Virus record (IMG/VR): IMGVR_UViG_2651869781_000012
Source of the DNA: a virus
Lineage: Duplodnaviria > Heunggongvirae > Uroviricota > Caudoviricetes
Length of the DNA stretch: 9,182 nt
Direction: 5' to 3' (one strand)
This document shows, one piece after another, positions 1-6,673 of this stretch. Under the pieces are notes generated by a model. That model made no database searches. It was not told where the DNA came from and saw only the letters and a program-made list of their open reading frames with translations. Each line of letters opens with the position of its first letter. Position 1 is the stretch's first letter. Both the position numbers and the translations under genes were made by a program.

Positions 1-251
1 GGTCATGGCCTCCATAGTGATGGCGGGTCCTCCTTGTGGGGTGCCCTGCCACGGGGCGGGAGCATCGCGGAAAAAGGCTAGTTTTTGCATTTTTATTCGT
101 CATCACCACCAATGCAATATATTGATATGACTTGATGTTTTATTTTTCGGTGTCGATTTCGATTGTTTTTTGTTCATCACTGACGCATAACGCCCACCAG
201 CGCAACGCTGAAAGCCAGTCAGTAAACTGGCTTCGGTCATTGTGCACTACG

Positions 252-794
252 TTACTTGTCTTTATCCGGCTGAAACTTATCAGGCACATTTCCGGTAGTT
301 TCCATCAGATAATCGGACAGCATTCGCGGGATGTTTTCATCAAGTTTTGTGCATGCGTTACAGGCTCTGACAACTTCTTTTTTCAGGCCATCCAGCATGA
401 CGGGGGTCATCTGTGGGAAGCTCCTTTGCATAGTAAGCGGGAGGCTGTCCATGATTGATGAAATCTGACTCGCCAGTTTTGAAAGCGCGTACATGCAAAA
501 CTCTGTATCAATCACGTCACCGCGATCGCGCTCGTTTTTAAGTTCCTGCGCCTCCGCCTGTGCTGTCAGTAATCTGATCCTGACTCGTAAGAGTTCATCA
601 TCATCAATCTCGCCTTTGTCGTTTGTAAGCTGGCTAATTGCATTGTTAACCCTATTGTCTATCACGCTGGCAACATCATAAAACGCCTCACGGCCTTTAC
701 GTTCAACGGGAGTCACTCCCCACTTGTCGAATGCTGTAGCACTTACCCGGCAGCTTTGCGCCATGGTTTTTTTGTTCATCAGGTGCGATTTCAT
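252..794 (-). CDS. Terminase small subunit, lambda Nu1-like
   Basis: 180-aa ORF. The C-terminal two thirds resemble lambda Nu1 as recalled from memory (ours ...LTAQAEAQELKNERD...FCMYALSKLASQISSIMDSLPLTMQRSFPQ...IPRMLSDYLMETTG versus lambda ...LTRAQADAQELKNARD...FCTFVLSRIAGEIASILDGLPLSVQRRFPE...IPGLLSEYIEQSG). The N-terminal HTH region is alignable but divergent. ATG at 794 is preceded by a weak GGGA; in-frame alternatives are TTG at 797 and ATG at 779 or 764. The gene starts about 135 bp downstream of cosN, as in lambda. Confidence 0.85.
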   Translation of the reverse strand: MKSHLMNKKTMAQSCRVSATAFDKWGVTPVERKGREAFYDVASVIDNRVNNAISQLTNDKGEIDDDELLRVRIRLLTAQAEAQELKNERDRGDVIDTEFCMYALSKLASQISSIMDSLPLTMQRSFPQMTPVMLDGLKKEVVRACNACTKLDENIPRMLSDYLMETTGNVPDKFQPDKDK

Positions 795-822
795 CAATAT
801 CCCAACTTGGTCAAGGTTTCAG

Positions 823-838
823 GTTGGTGTGTTGGTGT
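823..838. repeat. Tandem direct repeat GTTGGTGT x2 in the cosB-equivalent interval
   Basis: Plus strand 823-830 and 831-838 are both GTTGGTGT. A nearby (ACC)n tract lies at about 881-896. Both sit between cosN and the Nu1-like start. Confidence 0.5.
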
Positions 839-927
839 TATCTTTCCCTTTTTATTCATGGAGATAGAGCAAACAACAAAACCACCACCACCACCCTGAA
901 AAAGCTCATAAATAGCGAAAAACCGCG

Positions 928-939
928 AGGTCGCCGCCC
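928..939 (-). other. cosN-like cohesive-end site (lambda-type cos)
   Basis: The minus strand reads GGGCGGCGACCT, identical to the lambda 12-nt cohesive end as I recall it. Flanks on both sides also resemble lambda: cosQ side GGGTCCTTTCCGGCGATCCGGTAGGCTACG versus lambda GGGTCCTTTCCGGTGATCCGACAGGTTACG, and cosB side CGCGGTTTTTCGCTATTTATGA versus lambda CGCGGGTTTTCGCTATTTATGA. Confidence 0.8.
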
Positions 940-995
940 CGTAGCCTACCGGATCGCCGGAAAGGACCCGCCAGCCAGAACGGGCCCTAATTTCA

Positions 996-1379
996 TCAAC
1001 CAATCAACTTATAGCGACCATCCCGTGCATTGCGACGTACACGCTCAATCTTGAGGCATAGCGCCGCATCTGGCTTTTTTGGGACAGGTACGCGGCAATA
1101 TTCAGAAGCTCGAGGAATATTGTTTATCCAGTCGATCACTTCACTTAAATACCAGGCCTTACGCCCTTCCGTAACCTGTACGCGCTCGGGGAACTCTCCG
1201 CGAGCCTCAAGGTTTAGCAATGTGCGACGGCTAAGGGTAGTAAGTTCCATCACCTGATTCATATCAACAAGGCGTTCACTTAAACGCATTTTGTCAGCAA
1301 TAGCCTTTAATTCCTCTACTGCTGGATCCGGATACATCATTTCGGCAATTGGCTTAAGGTCATTGTAATGATTCTGCAT
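996..1379 (-). CDS. AlpA-family HTH DNA-binding protein (127 aa), function unknown
   Basis: Residues about 40-87 (LTTLSRRTLLNLEARGEFPERVQVTEGRKAWYLSEVIDWI) fit the AlpA/excisionase-type HTH pattern. SD AGGGGGA lies 4 nt upstream of ATG 1379. It starts 11 bp after the D-like stop and ends about 55 bp from cosN. Confidence 0.7.
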   Translation of the reverse strand: MQNHYNDLKPIAEMMYPDPAVEELKAIADKMRLSERLVDMNQVMELTTLSRRTLLNLEARGEFPERVQVTEGRKAWYLSEVIDWINNIPRASEYCRVPVPKKPDAALCLKIERVRRNARDGRYKLIG

Positions 1380-1390
1380 TGTATCCCCCT

Positions 1391-1732
1391 TTACACACGA
1401 GCCAGCGGCTGAACAGAAATACCTGAGCCAACAAACGCGGCAACCTTTGCCGACAGTTCTTTTACAGACTCAGGCCAGTTCAGAGCATCAACATTTAAAA
1501 CACCTGTCTTATAAACCTGTGCCTGTGTTTTTTTCGCTGTGTCGATTTGTACAGCGGAAACATAAACCGCTTTGCCTGCGCTCGTTCCATCCCATACCAC
1601 TAGCGCACCAGTTGCATCTTCCTGCATCAGTGGCGTAAACGCAGGTATTACCCCTTTATTGGCTGAAAATATCCCCAGCGTAGTAACCAGTGCTTCAGTG
1701 CCAGACATGAGTTCAGTGTAATGAGTAGCCAT
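1391..1732 (-). CDS. Head decoration protein, lambda gpD-like
   Basis: 113 aa. TPLMQEDATGALVVWDGTSAGKAVYVSAV and ...NWPESV...AAFVGSGISVQ parallel lambda gpD [29 protein letters not shown] and ...LWPEAA...TAFAGTAISIV (from memory). SD GGGGGAG precedes the ATG; the start is 9 bp after the capsid gene stop. Confidence 0.85.
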   Translation of the reverse strand: MATHYTELMSGTEALVTTLGIFSANKGVIPAFTPLMQEDATGALVVWDGTSAGKAVYVSAVQIDTAKKTQAQVYKTGVLNVDALNWPESVKELSAKVAAFVGSGISVQPLARV

Positions 1733-1741
1733 TGCTCCCCC

Positions 1742-2788
1742 TTAGCCAATGCGAACGGTAACAAAACGATTGATGCGGGCCGGTATTGGCTGTGGTGCTG
1801 AATGTGTCTGCACATATTCAATAGCCGGATCACCAGGCACAATATAGTTTTTCGGTACAAGTTCGGCTTTAGTCAGCCCCATCCGGATTAGCTCCGGATC
1901 CTGAATACCGCCATAAGCGACAATCCCCTGAAGAGCCGTATTGCCAAGCACCATCAAATCAGGATCAAGGAAATATTTTTCAGTTCCGTCCTCGTCGGTA
2001 TAACGCCCGCTGTAAACAACAATCGCAACATCGCCCATATACCCTTTAAAACTCACCGAATCACCAAGGTCTTTAAGGGCCGTTTCCAGTTCGGAATTAG
2101 AACCACGACGAGTATCCAGAGCCTCTTTTATCGCCCTGAATGAACGGTATTTCTTCCATACATTACCGCCCATAATGATAATATTAGTGACGCCCTCACT
2201 AAATTCTGCGTAGCTCTCAATATCATCATTTGGATCAAAAGCTTCTTTATCCTTACCTGACCACTCAGCACCGCCAGACTGAGTGATGATATTTTGTGGT
2301 TTAATATTCCAGTCCAGCTCATAACGTTCAATACCATCGCCCTCAATGATATTTTTCCCCGTTGTGATTGCCTGAACGGCAAGCCATTCAATACGTGCAC
2401 GAATAGCTTTAGCCTGATTTACAATCGCCTGTTTAACTTTAATATTACGCGCTCCAAAAGCATTGTATTGCTCAGGTGATACACCAGCAGGGCGCACAGC
2501 TAACTTATTTGGATCAATGCTGCTTTTCGGTTTCATATAGCCAGGGCGAATTGTTTTTGATTCGTATCCCTCATCTCGTGAAACTTTACTGCCCACCATA
2601 GGAGAGCAAAACGCCGCGATCGGGATATTTGGATCGTCGATCGTATCAAGAATAATGTCTCTCGATTCAAACATTACCGAGCGAGTGAAAAACAAACTGG
2701 TAAACAACGCATTTAATTTTTTTTGCACATCTTCAGCATTAGCCACCTGCACAAGCTGTGTAGGCGAATATAAGTCAACCATACTCAT
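1742..2788 (-). CDS. Major capsid protein, lambda gpE-like
   Basis: Long identical runs with lambda gpE as recalled (ITQSGG.EWS..DK...DP.DDIE.YA...GV.NII, FRSF.A.KE.LDTRRGSNSELETA.KDLG..VS.KG..GDVAIVVYSG.Y, MVLGNT). Both proteins begin MSM. Start at 2788 (MSM) or 2782; AAGAGG sits 6 nt upstream of 2782. The six-frame ORF's 5' extension to 2869 is unlikely to be coding. Confidence 0.9.
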   Translation of the reverse strand: MSMVDLYSPTQLVQVANAEDVQKKLNALFTSLFFTRSVMFESRDIILDTIDDPNIPIAAFCSPMVGSKVSRDEGYESKTIRPGYMKPKSSIDPNKLAVRPAGVSPEQYNAFGARNIKVKQAIVNQAKAIRARIEWLAVQAITTGKNIIEGDGIERYELDWNIKPQNIITQSGGAEWSGKDKEAFDPNDDIESYAEFSEGVTNIIIMGGNVWKKYRSFRAIKEALDTRRGSNSELETALKDLGDSVSFKGYMGDVAIVVYSGRYTDEDGTEKYFLDPDLMVLGNTALQGIVAYGGIQDPELIRMGLTKAELVPKNYIVPGDPAIEYVQTHSAPQPIPARINRFVTVRIG

Positions 2789-2955
2789 CCTCTTTACATT
2801 CATTACAAATAATTGTGAATATATTCTATTACCGATGTCTGCTATGCGAATACATGCAACCAAGTGCAATGTTGTATAAAATATGCCGTGACAACTTCAG
2901 TGCTGATAATTCGTGTTAATGTATTTACTTCCTTTGGTCGGGATTTATGTAGCAT

Positions 2956-2994
2956 GCCGGAAAATCTATTTTTTTCCGGCATCTTTTTGTTTGC
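2956..2994. terminator. Candidate intrinsic terminator between the SSB-like gene and the head genes
   Basis: Stem GCCGGAAAA(2956-2964) / TTTTCCGGC(2972-2980) with a short loop, followed on the plus strand by ATCTTTTTGTTTG. The minus-strand version lacks a clean U-tract, so function for the SSB transcript is uncertain. Confidence 0.4.
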
Positions 2995-2999
2995 AGAAT

Positions 3000-3422
3000 T
3001 TAAAACGGTATATTATCGCCGTACGGATCATCATTCCCCGACTGTTGTTTTGCCCTGTTCAGTGCGTCAGTGGCCTGCCCCTGCTGGCCTTTTTTGCCGC
3101 CCGGTCGCGCTGTTCGCGCACTGATCACGCTGTCTGCGATAACCTGCCAGCCCTGCCGCGTTTCGCCGTTCTGGCCTGTCCACTGGCTTACCTGCATGTT
3201 ACCCGCCACGCTCACCAGTTCGCCTTTGTGGTGTTTTGCCAGTGCGTCGGCCTGTCTGCCAAACGCCAGGACGGATAACCACATCATCGCCGTTCCGTCA
3301 TCTGCCTGGCTGCACGGAAGGGGGACCGCCATACTAGCCATCGCCATTTGTGTACCCTTGCTGGTGGTCTTTAACTGCGGGTCAGCCACCAGCCGTCCGT
3401 AAGCCGCTATCTGTGCTGTCAT
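3000..3422 (-). CDS. Single-stranded DNA-binding protein (SSB)-like, OB-fold with C-terminal IPF tail
   Basis: 140 aa. The N-terminus (AAYGRLVADPQL...) and core (WLSVLAFGRQADALAKHHKGELVSVAGNMQVSQWTGQNGETRQGWQVIADSV) follow the SSB OB-fold pattern. A Gly/Gln-rich linker precedes a C-terminal ...DDPYGDNIPF, reminiscent of the E. coli SSB DDDIPF tail. The ATG overlaps the upstream stop (ATGA). Confidence 0.75.
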   Translation of the reverse strand: MTAQIAAYGRLVADPQLKTTSKGTQMAMASMAVPLPCSQADDGTAMMWLSVLAFGRQADALAKHHKGELVSVAGNMQVSQWTGQNGETRQGWQVIADSVISARTARPGGKKGQQGQATDALNRAKQQSGNDDPYGDNIPF

Positions 3423-3664
3423 GCTGTCTGCTCTCCGGTTTTAACGTTGATGGTTGTCACCTGTTCCGCTTCGGCAATCTCCCGTTCTGTCAGCGTGGCA
3501 AAGTTTGCAGCTGCCGTTGTCATGAATGCGCTAATCAGTTCGGGATGTGCTTTCGCATATCCTTCCCCGGCGTTGCGGTCGATGATTTTTATCGACACCC
3601 TTAACCAGTGTTCCGTCAAATCAAGGGCGTGCGATTGTGATTTTTTTGTGTGCTTCGCTGTCAT
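3419..3664 (-). CDS. Hypothetical protein (81 aa), translationally coupled to the SSB-like gene
   Basis: ORF in the same operon orientation with a stop/start ATGA overlap at 3419-3422. No recognisable motif; the upstream SD is weak. Confidence 0.55.
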   Translation of the reverse strand: MTAKHTKKSQSHALDLTEHWLRVSIKIIDRNAGEGYAKAHPELISAFMTTAAANFATLTEREIAEAEQVTTINVKTGEQTA

Positions 3665-3707
3665 AGGCTTTATCTCACAGCAGTAAATTAAAATTTTTGC
3701 GTTTTAA

Positions 3708-3940
3708 CCCTTCACCTGTTCACCTTTTGATATTTTATCTTTTAATTCATAATGTTAAGGGGTGAACAGTTTCACAAAAACTATTCACCAACTGTTCACC
3801 ACTGTTCACCCTTGAAGCTCAATAAACAATCAAAAAGGTGAACAGTGAATAGTTTGGTGAACAGTTCATAAATAACTGTTCACCCTATAATATACTGATA
3901 TAAAAGATATTTATAACAGGGTGAACAGTGGTGAACAGTT
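3708..3940. repeat. Iteron cluster, P4-type origin-like (TGTTCACC octamers in both orientations)
   Basis: TGTTCACC at 3717-3724, 3793-3800, 3803-3810 and 3877-3884. Reverse complement GGTGAACA(G) at 3761-3769, 3837-3845, 3856-3864, 3920-3928 and 3930-3938. Degenerate copies near 3708-3716 and 3783-3789. AT-rich spacers; begins immediately after the primase stop at 3952. Confidence 0.7.
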
Positions 3941-3951
3941 ATTCCATAAGT

Positions 3952-5769
3952 TTAATTTTTGCTATCGTCATTAGTGACCGATACACATGATGGCATCCAG
4001 TCTTCTGATTCCTCCGTCAGTGTCACGTTTGAACGCAAACCGTGCTTCGTTTTCCGTTTCATATACTCCCTGCCATATTCCGCCATTGCCCCCGGCATAT
4101 CTTTACCGAAGCGCGTCAGTGTTACAGGTTTACCAAACCCATGTGCCTTCATATAAGCCAGATAGGCATGATAGAGATACCTGCGCGGGCTGAATGGCAC
4201 AATTTCAGCATTACCCACTAACAGGCCATCACACATTACCGACGCCATGAGATAGCCGCAGAAGTCCACCAGCGAATCACCTTCACGCTTTATCGCGAGT
4301 GCTTCTTCTGATTTCTGCTGCTCATATAAAAGGCGTCTGGCTTCGTCCTGGTCAGCAAACCGTGTAAGCAGATGACGAATCACTACCGCCAGCTCACCTT
4401 CTATTTTTTCCGCCAGCATTGAATCGCGTTCGTTCTCCGGTACAACTTCCGAAAAATTGAATATCACCCGACGGCGCGAGATCCCCCCACTGCGGTCACT
4501 GAATGACATAGCGTTATTGTTAACCGCCAGCACTACTGCCGGGATACGCGTTGAATATGGGGCTTTATGTTTCGGGTCGATTGCCACCTTGTCACCGCCT
4601 GTAATAGCCTTAATTCCCGCCCCATCACCAGCGTAGCGGGTCATATCCGGCATGATAATCAGCGAAAAGCCAACCACTAACGCGCGTTCCCTTGCATCTT
4701 CCAGCGCCTTCATGCTCGCTGATACTGTATTAGCCTTACCCGCCAGCATGGTGCAAATCTCCGCCATCACGCTTTTACCACTTCCCCCTGGACCTGTTAC
4801 CTCAATGAATAACTGCCAGTCGTACCGGTTCGCCAGCACCATGAATAATGCAGCCAGTACGCGATCCGCCTTGCGGTCATTCTCAGCCACCGAACGGCGT
4901 AACCACTTCCAGAAATTCGGCGCATGTGTTGCCAGCGTTTCCCCCTCTGCTGGTGGGCTGAAAGGTAATTCACTGGCAATTAACAACCAGTCGTTTTTGT
5001 TATGCTCCCGAAAATTACCTGTTCTGGTATCAAATACCCCGTTACTGAATCCAATCAGGTTACGGGCTGTATTCCCCATTACAGGCAAACTTAACTTCAT
5101 GGTATCGACCGCCGATTTAATGGCGTTCTGCGAATAGCTGATCTCCGCATCAATGAAAATCTGCGCCATAGCACGCTGTAACTCTTTATCCTGAACCGGC
5201 TCCCATACAACGCCGTTGTAATGGTGAACAGTGTCAGAGTCGGCATGAATCGCCAGTTCACCGCCATAATGTGCCAGGAGAACTTCGCCGCGTTGACTTG
5301 CTCCCATCTGGTTAAGCGCCAGTGATGAAGCGTTATCGTCTTTTACCCGCTCTTTTTTCTTTACAGGCAGTTCAACTACCTTTTTCTTTTCCGCCAGCTC
5401 TCCCCGCTCACGTTCCAGATATTCGCGCCAGTTCTCCCGTTTCTGGCTGTGCATTCCTTCAGGGTAATAATCAGCATCCCTGACACCTGCCGCTGCCAGT
5501 TTCTGCCCGATGGTATTAACAAGCCCCGGACGCAATAACCCCGCCTGGTAGAGACGCACGCGATAGCGTCCGTCCGGTACGATTTGCAGGTTGTCCAGTT
5601 CGGCAAGTTGTTGCTCTCCAAGCCAGACAGGTGGCACGTTATCGCCAGCCAGTCGCCCGTCCTGTTCCTGCCACTGCTTCGCATGTGCCCACGCATCACT
5701 ACCCGCAAAAATGATGACTTCCGTCATTTTGTCACGCGGCTGGTGTTTTAAATTTGGCGCTTTTTTCAT
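3952..5769 (-). CDS. Phage/plasmid primase-helicase, P4 alpha-like (SF3 helicase domain)
   Basis: About 605 aa. Walker A GPGGSGKS lies in the context FIEVTGPGGSGKSVMAEI, typical of P4-family primase C-terminal/D5-type helicase domains. ATG 5769 has GGAGAGAG upstream and overlaps the upstream gene stop (ATGA). The six-frame track start at 5784 is a GTG. Confidence 0.9.
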   Translation of the reverse strand: MKKAPNLKHQPRDKMTEVIIFAGSDAWAHAKQWQEQDGRLAGDNVPPVWLGEQQLAELDNLQIVPDGRYRVRLYQAGLLRPGLVNTIGQKLAAAGVRDADYYPEGMHSQKRENWREYLERERGELAEKKKVVELPVKKKERVKDDNASSLALNQMGASQRGEVLLAHYGGELAIHADSDTVHHYNGVVWEPVQDKELQRAMAQIFIDAEISYSQNAIKSAVDTMKLSLPVMGNTARNLIGFSNGVFDTRTGNFREHNKNDWLLIASELPFSPPAEGETLATHAPNFWKWLRRSVAENDRKADRVLAALFMVLANRYDWQLFIEVTGPGGSGKSVMAEICTMLAGKANTVSASMKALEDARERALVVGFSLIIMPDMTRYAGDGAGIKAITGGDKVAIDPKHKAPYSTRIPAVVLAVNNNAMSFSDRSGGISRRRVIFNFSEVVPENERDSMLAEKIEGELAVVIRHLLTRFADQDEARRLLYEQQKSEEALAIKREGDSLVDFCGYLMASVMCDGLLVGNAEIVPFSPRRYLYHAYLAYMKAHGFGKPVTLTRFGKDMPGAMAEYGREYMKRKTKHGLRSNVTLTEESEDWMPSCVSVTNDDSKN

Positions 5770-6065
5770 TTCTGCTCTCTCCACGCGGCAATCATGTTTT
5801 TCAGTTCCTGTAGTTTTTTATCCACATCCACACGTGACACATGGTTATTTCTGGAAGTCGGGATTTCCCGCCGGAATCTGCAAATAAAGATCTCCACGTT
5901 CAGCGAACTAAGAAATGAATATCCATCACGGATAAAATAAACACGGTCAAACATCAGTTCTTTTACCGTTACTCTGTTACCGTTCTTATCCAGATAAATA
6001 GCGCCGGGGATAATTTTGTGGTGTGCATAACCGCTGGCAGTCAAGCCAGATAAATATGTTCTCAT
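5766..6065 (-). CDS. Hypothetical protein (99 aa), operon member upstream of the primase
   Basis: ATG 6065 with GGGGA upstream; its stop overlaps the primase start. No recognisable motif. Confidence 0.6.
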   Translation of the reverse strand: MRTYLSGLTASGYAHHKIIPGAIYLDKNGNRVTVKELMFDRVYFIRDGYSFLSSLNVEIFICRFRREIPTSRNNHVSRVDVDKKLQELKNMIAAWREQK

Positions 6066-6071
6066 GATTAT

Positions 6072-6392
6072 TTATCCCCGATTTGAATCAGTATTCGCTT
6101 TCTTTATGGCATTTAATGCATCTGTGGCATTTTCAATGGTGCACCGTAACGAAATATCAAACTGCCCAAGCATTGCCAGTAACAAACCGATATTACCCAT
6201 ATCAATGCGCATGGCCTTTTCGTCATAGTCCTCATTTTCTGACGCATGCCACATCAGGCTACCAATTGACGCAATACCCATTGATATATTGTCAGTAGCC
6301 CCATCCGCAGCGGAATAAACCTTTTTAGCAATATCATGCTCACAGTTAAAATGCGGATTAATCAGGTACTGGTAACTGGTCATGTCAGGCAT
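6072..6392 (-). CDS. Hypothetical protein (106 aa)
   Basis: ATG 6392 is preceded by AGGGGG at 6 nt spacing and overlaps the upstream ORF stop by 8 nt. No recognisable motif. Confidence 0.6.
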   Translation of the reverse strand: MPDMTSYQYLINPHFNCEHDIAKKVYSAADGATDNISMGIASIGSLMWHASENEDYDEKAMRIDMGNIGLLLAMLGQFDISLRCTIENATDALNAIKKANTDSNRG

Positions 6393-6588
6393 GGAACACC
6401 CCCTGACGAATACGGGCAGTAAATACCATCACGCAGCCATCAGGAGATTGCTGGCGAGCTTCCTGTTCGCTGGTGGCCTCAATGTGAATCACGCGCGGTT
6501 GTGCGGTGCTCAGGGCGATAAAACGCCAGATGTATTTATTCAGGTTGTGCGAGTCCCGCCCTTGCGGGTGTGTGGTATGATTTAACAT
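6385..6588 (-). CDS. Hypothetical protein (67 aa), first gene of the primase operon
   Basis: ATG 6588 is preceded by GAGGT at 4 nt spacing. This is the C-terminal 67 codons of the 306-aa six-frame ORF, whose upstream part overlaps the plus-strand genes and promoter region and is probably not coding. Confidence 0.5.
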   Translation of the reverse strand: MLNHTTHPQGRDSHNLNKYIWRFIALSTAQPRVIHIEATSEQEARQQSPDGCVMVFTARIRQGVFHA

Positions 6589-6673
6589 AGCTACCTCGAT
6601 ACGCTTTCTATCGTTGGTGGTTAGAAGCCCTGCGAGTGGTAACGACACTTGCGGGGCTTTGCATTTATGCACC

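Noticed and set aside
1-130. tRNA or tmRNA 3' end as an integration-site remnant at the left edge
   Set aside because: No T-loop-like GTTCRANYC motif or CCA-proximal acceptor stem was found by eye. Cannot be excluded without a covariance-model search.
132-681. Plus-strand ORFs 132..458 and 493..681
   Set aside because: They are antisense to the Nu1-like gene, which has clear homology support. No SD, and odd composition.
794-1054. ORFs 794..1003 (-) and 824..1054 (+) across the cos region
   Set aside because: They span the conserved cos sequence and the Gly-rich (ACC)n tract. More parsimonious as a non-coding packaging site.
1447-2479. Minor ORFs inside or antisense to the D-like and E-like genes (1447..1638 +, 1648..1860 -, 2128..2400 -, 2294..2479 +)
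   Set aside because: They overlap genes with strong homology support in another frame or strand, and have no independent translation signals.
2655-3686. Plus-strand ORFs antisense to the capsid 5' end, the SSB-like gene and the 81-aa gene
   Set aside because: They are antisense to better-supported minus-strand genes. Several are Cys-rich or low-complexity, and one contains the hairpin terminator.
3708-3940. Possibility that the repeat cluster is a CRISPR array
   Set aside because: Repeat units are only 8-9 bp, occur in both orientations with irregular spacing, and match an origin iteron. No cas genes or leader.
5782-5784. GTG at 5784 as the primase start (six-frame track start)
   Set aside because: The ATG at 5769 has a GGAGAGAG SD at good spacing and an ATGA overlap with the upstream stop; the GTG adds five residues without support.
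3959-5887. ORFs within or antisense to the primase gene (3959..4156 +, 3987..4193 +, 4652..5137 +, 4797..4979 -, 5376..5708 -, 5591..5887 +)
   Set aside because: All are embedded in the primase/helicase coding region, which carries a Walker A motif and operon coupling. No evidence for overlapping genes.
6083-6585. Plus-strand ORFs 6083..6298 and 6382..6585
   Set aside because: They are antisense to the coupled small-gene operon and lack start signals.
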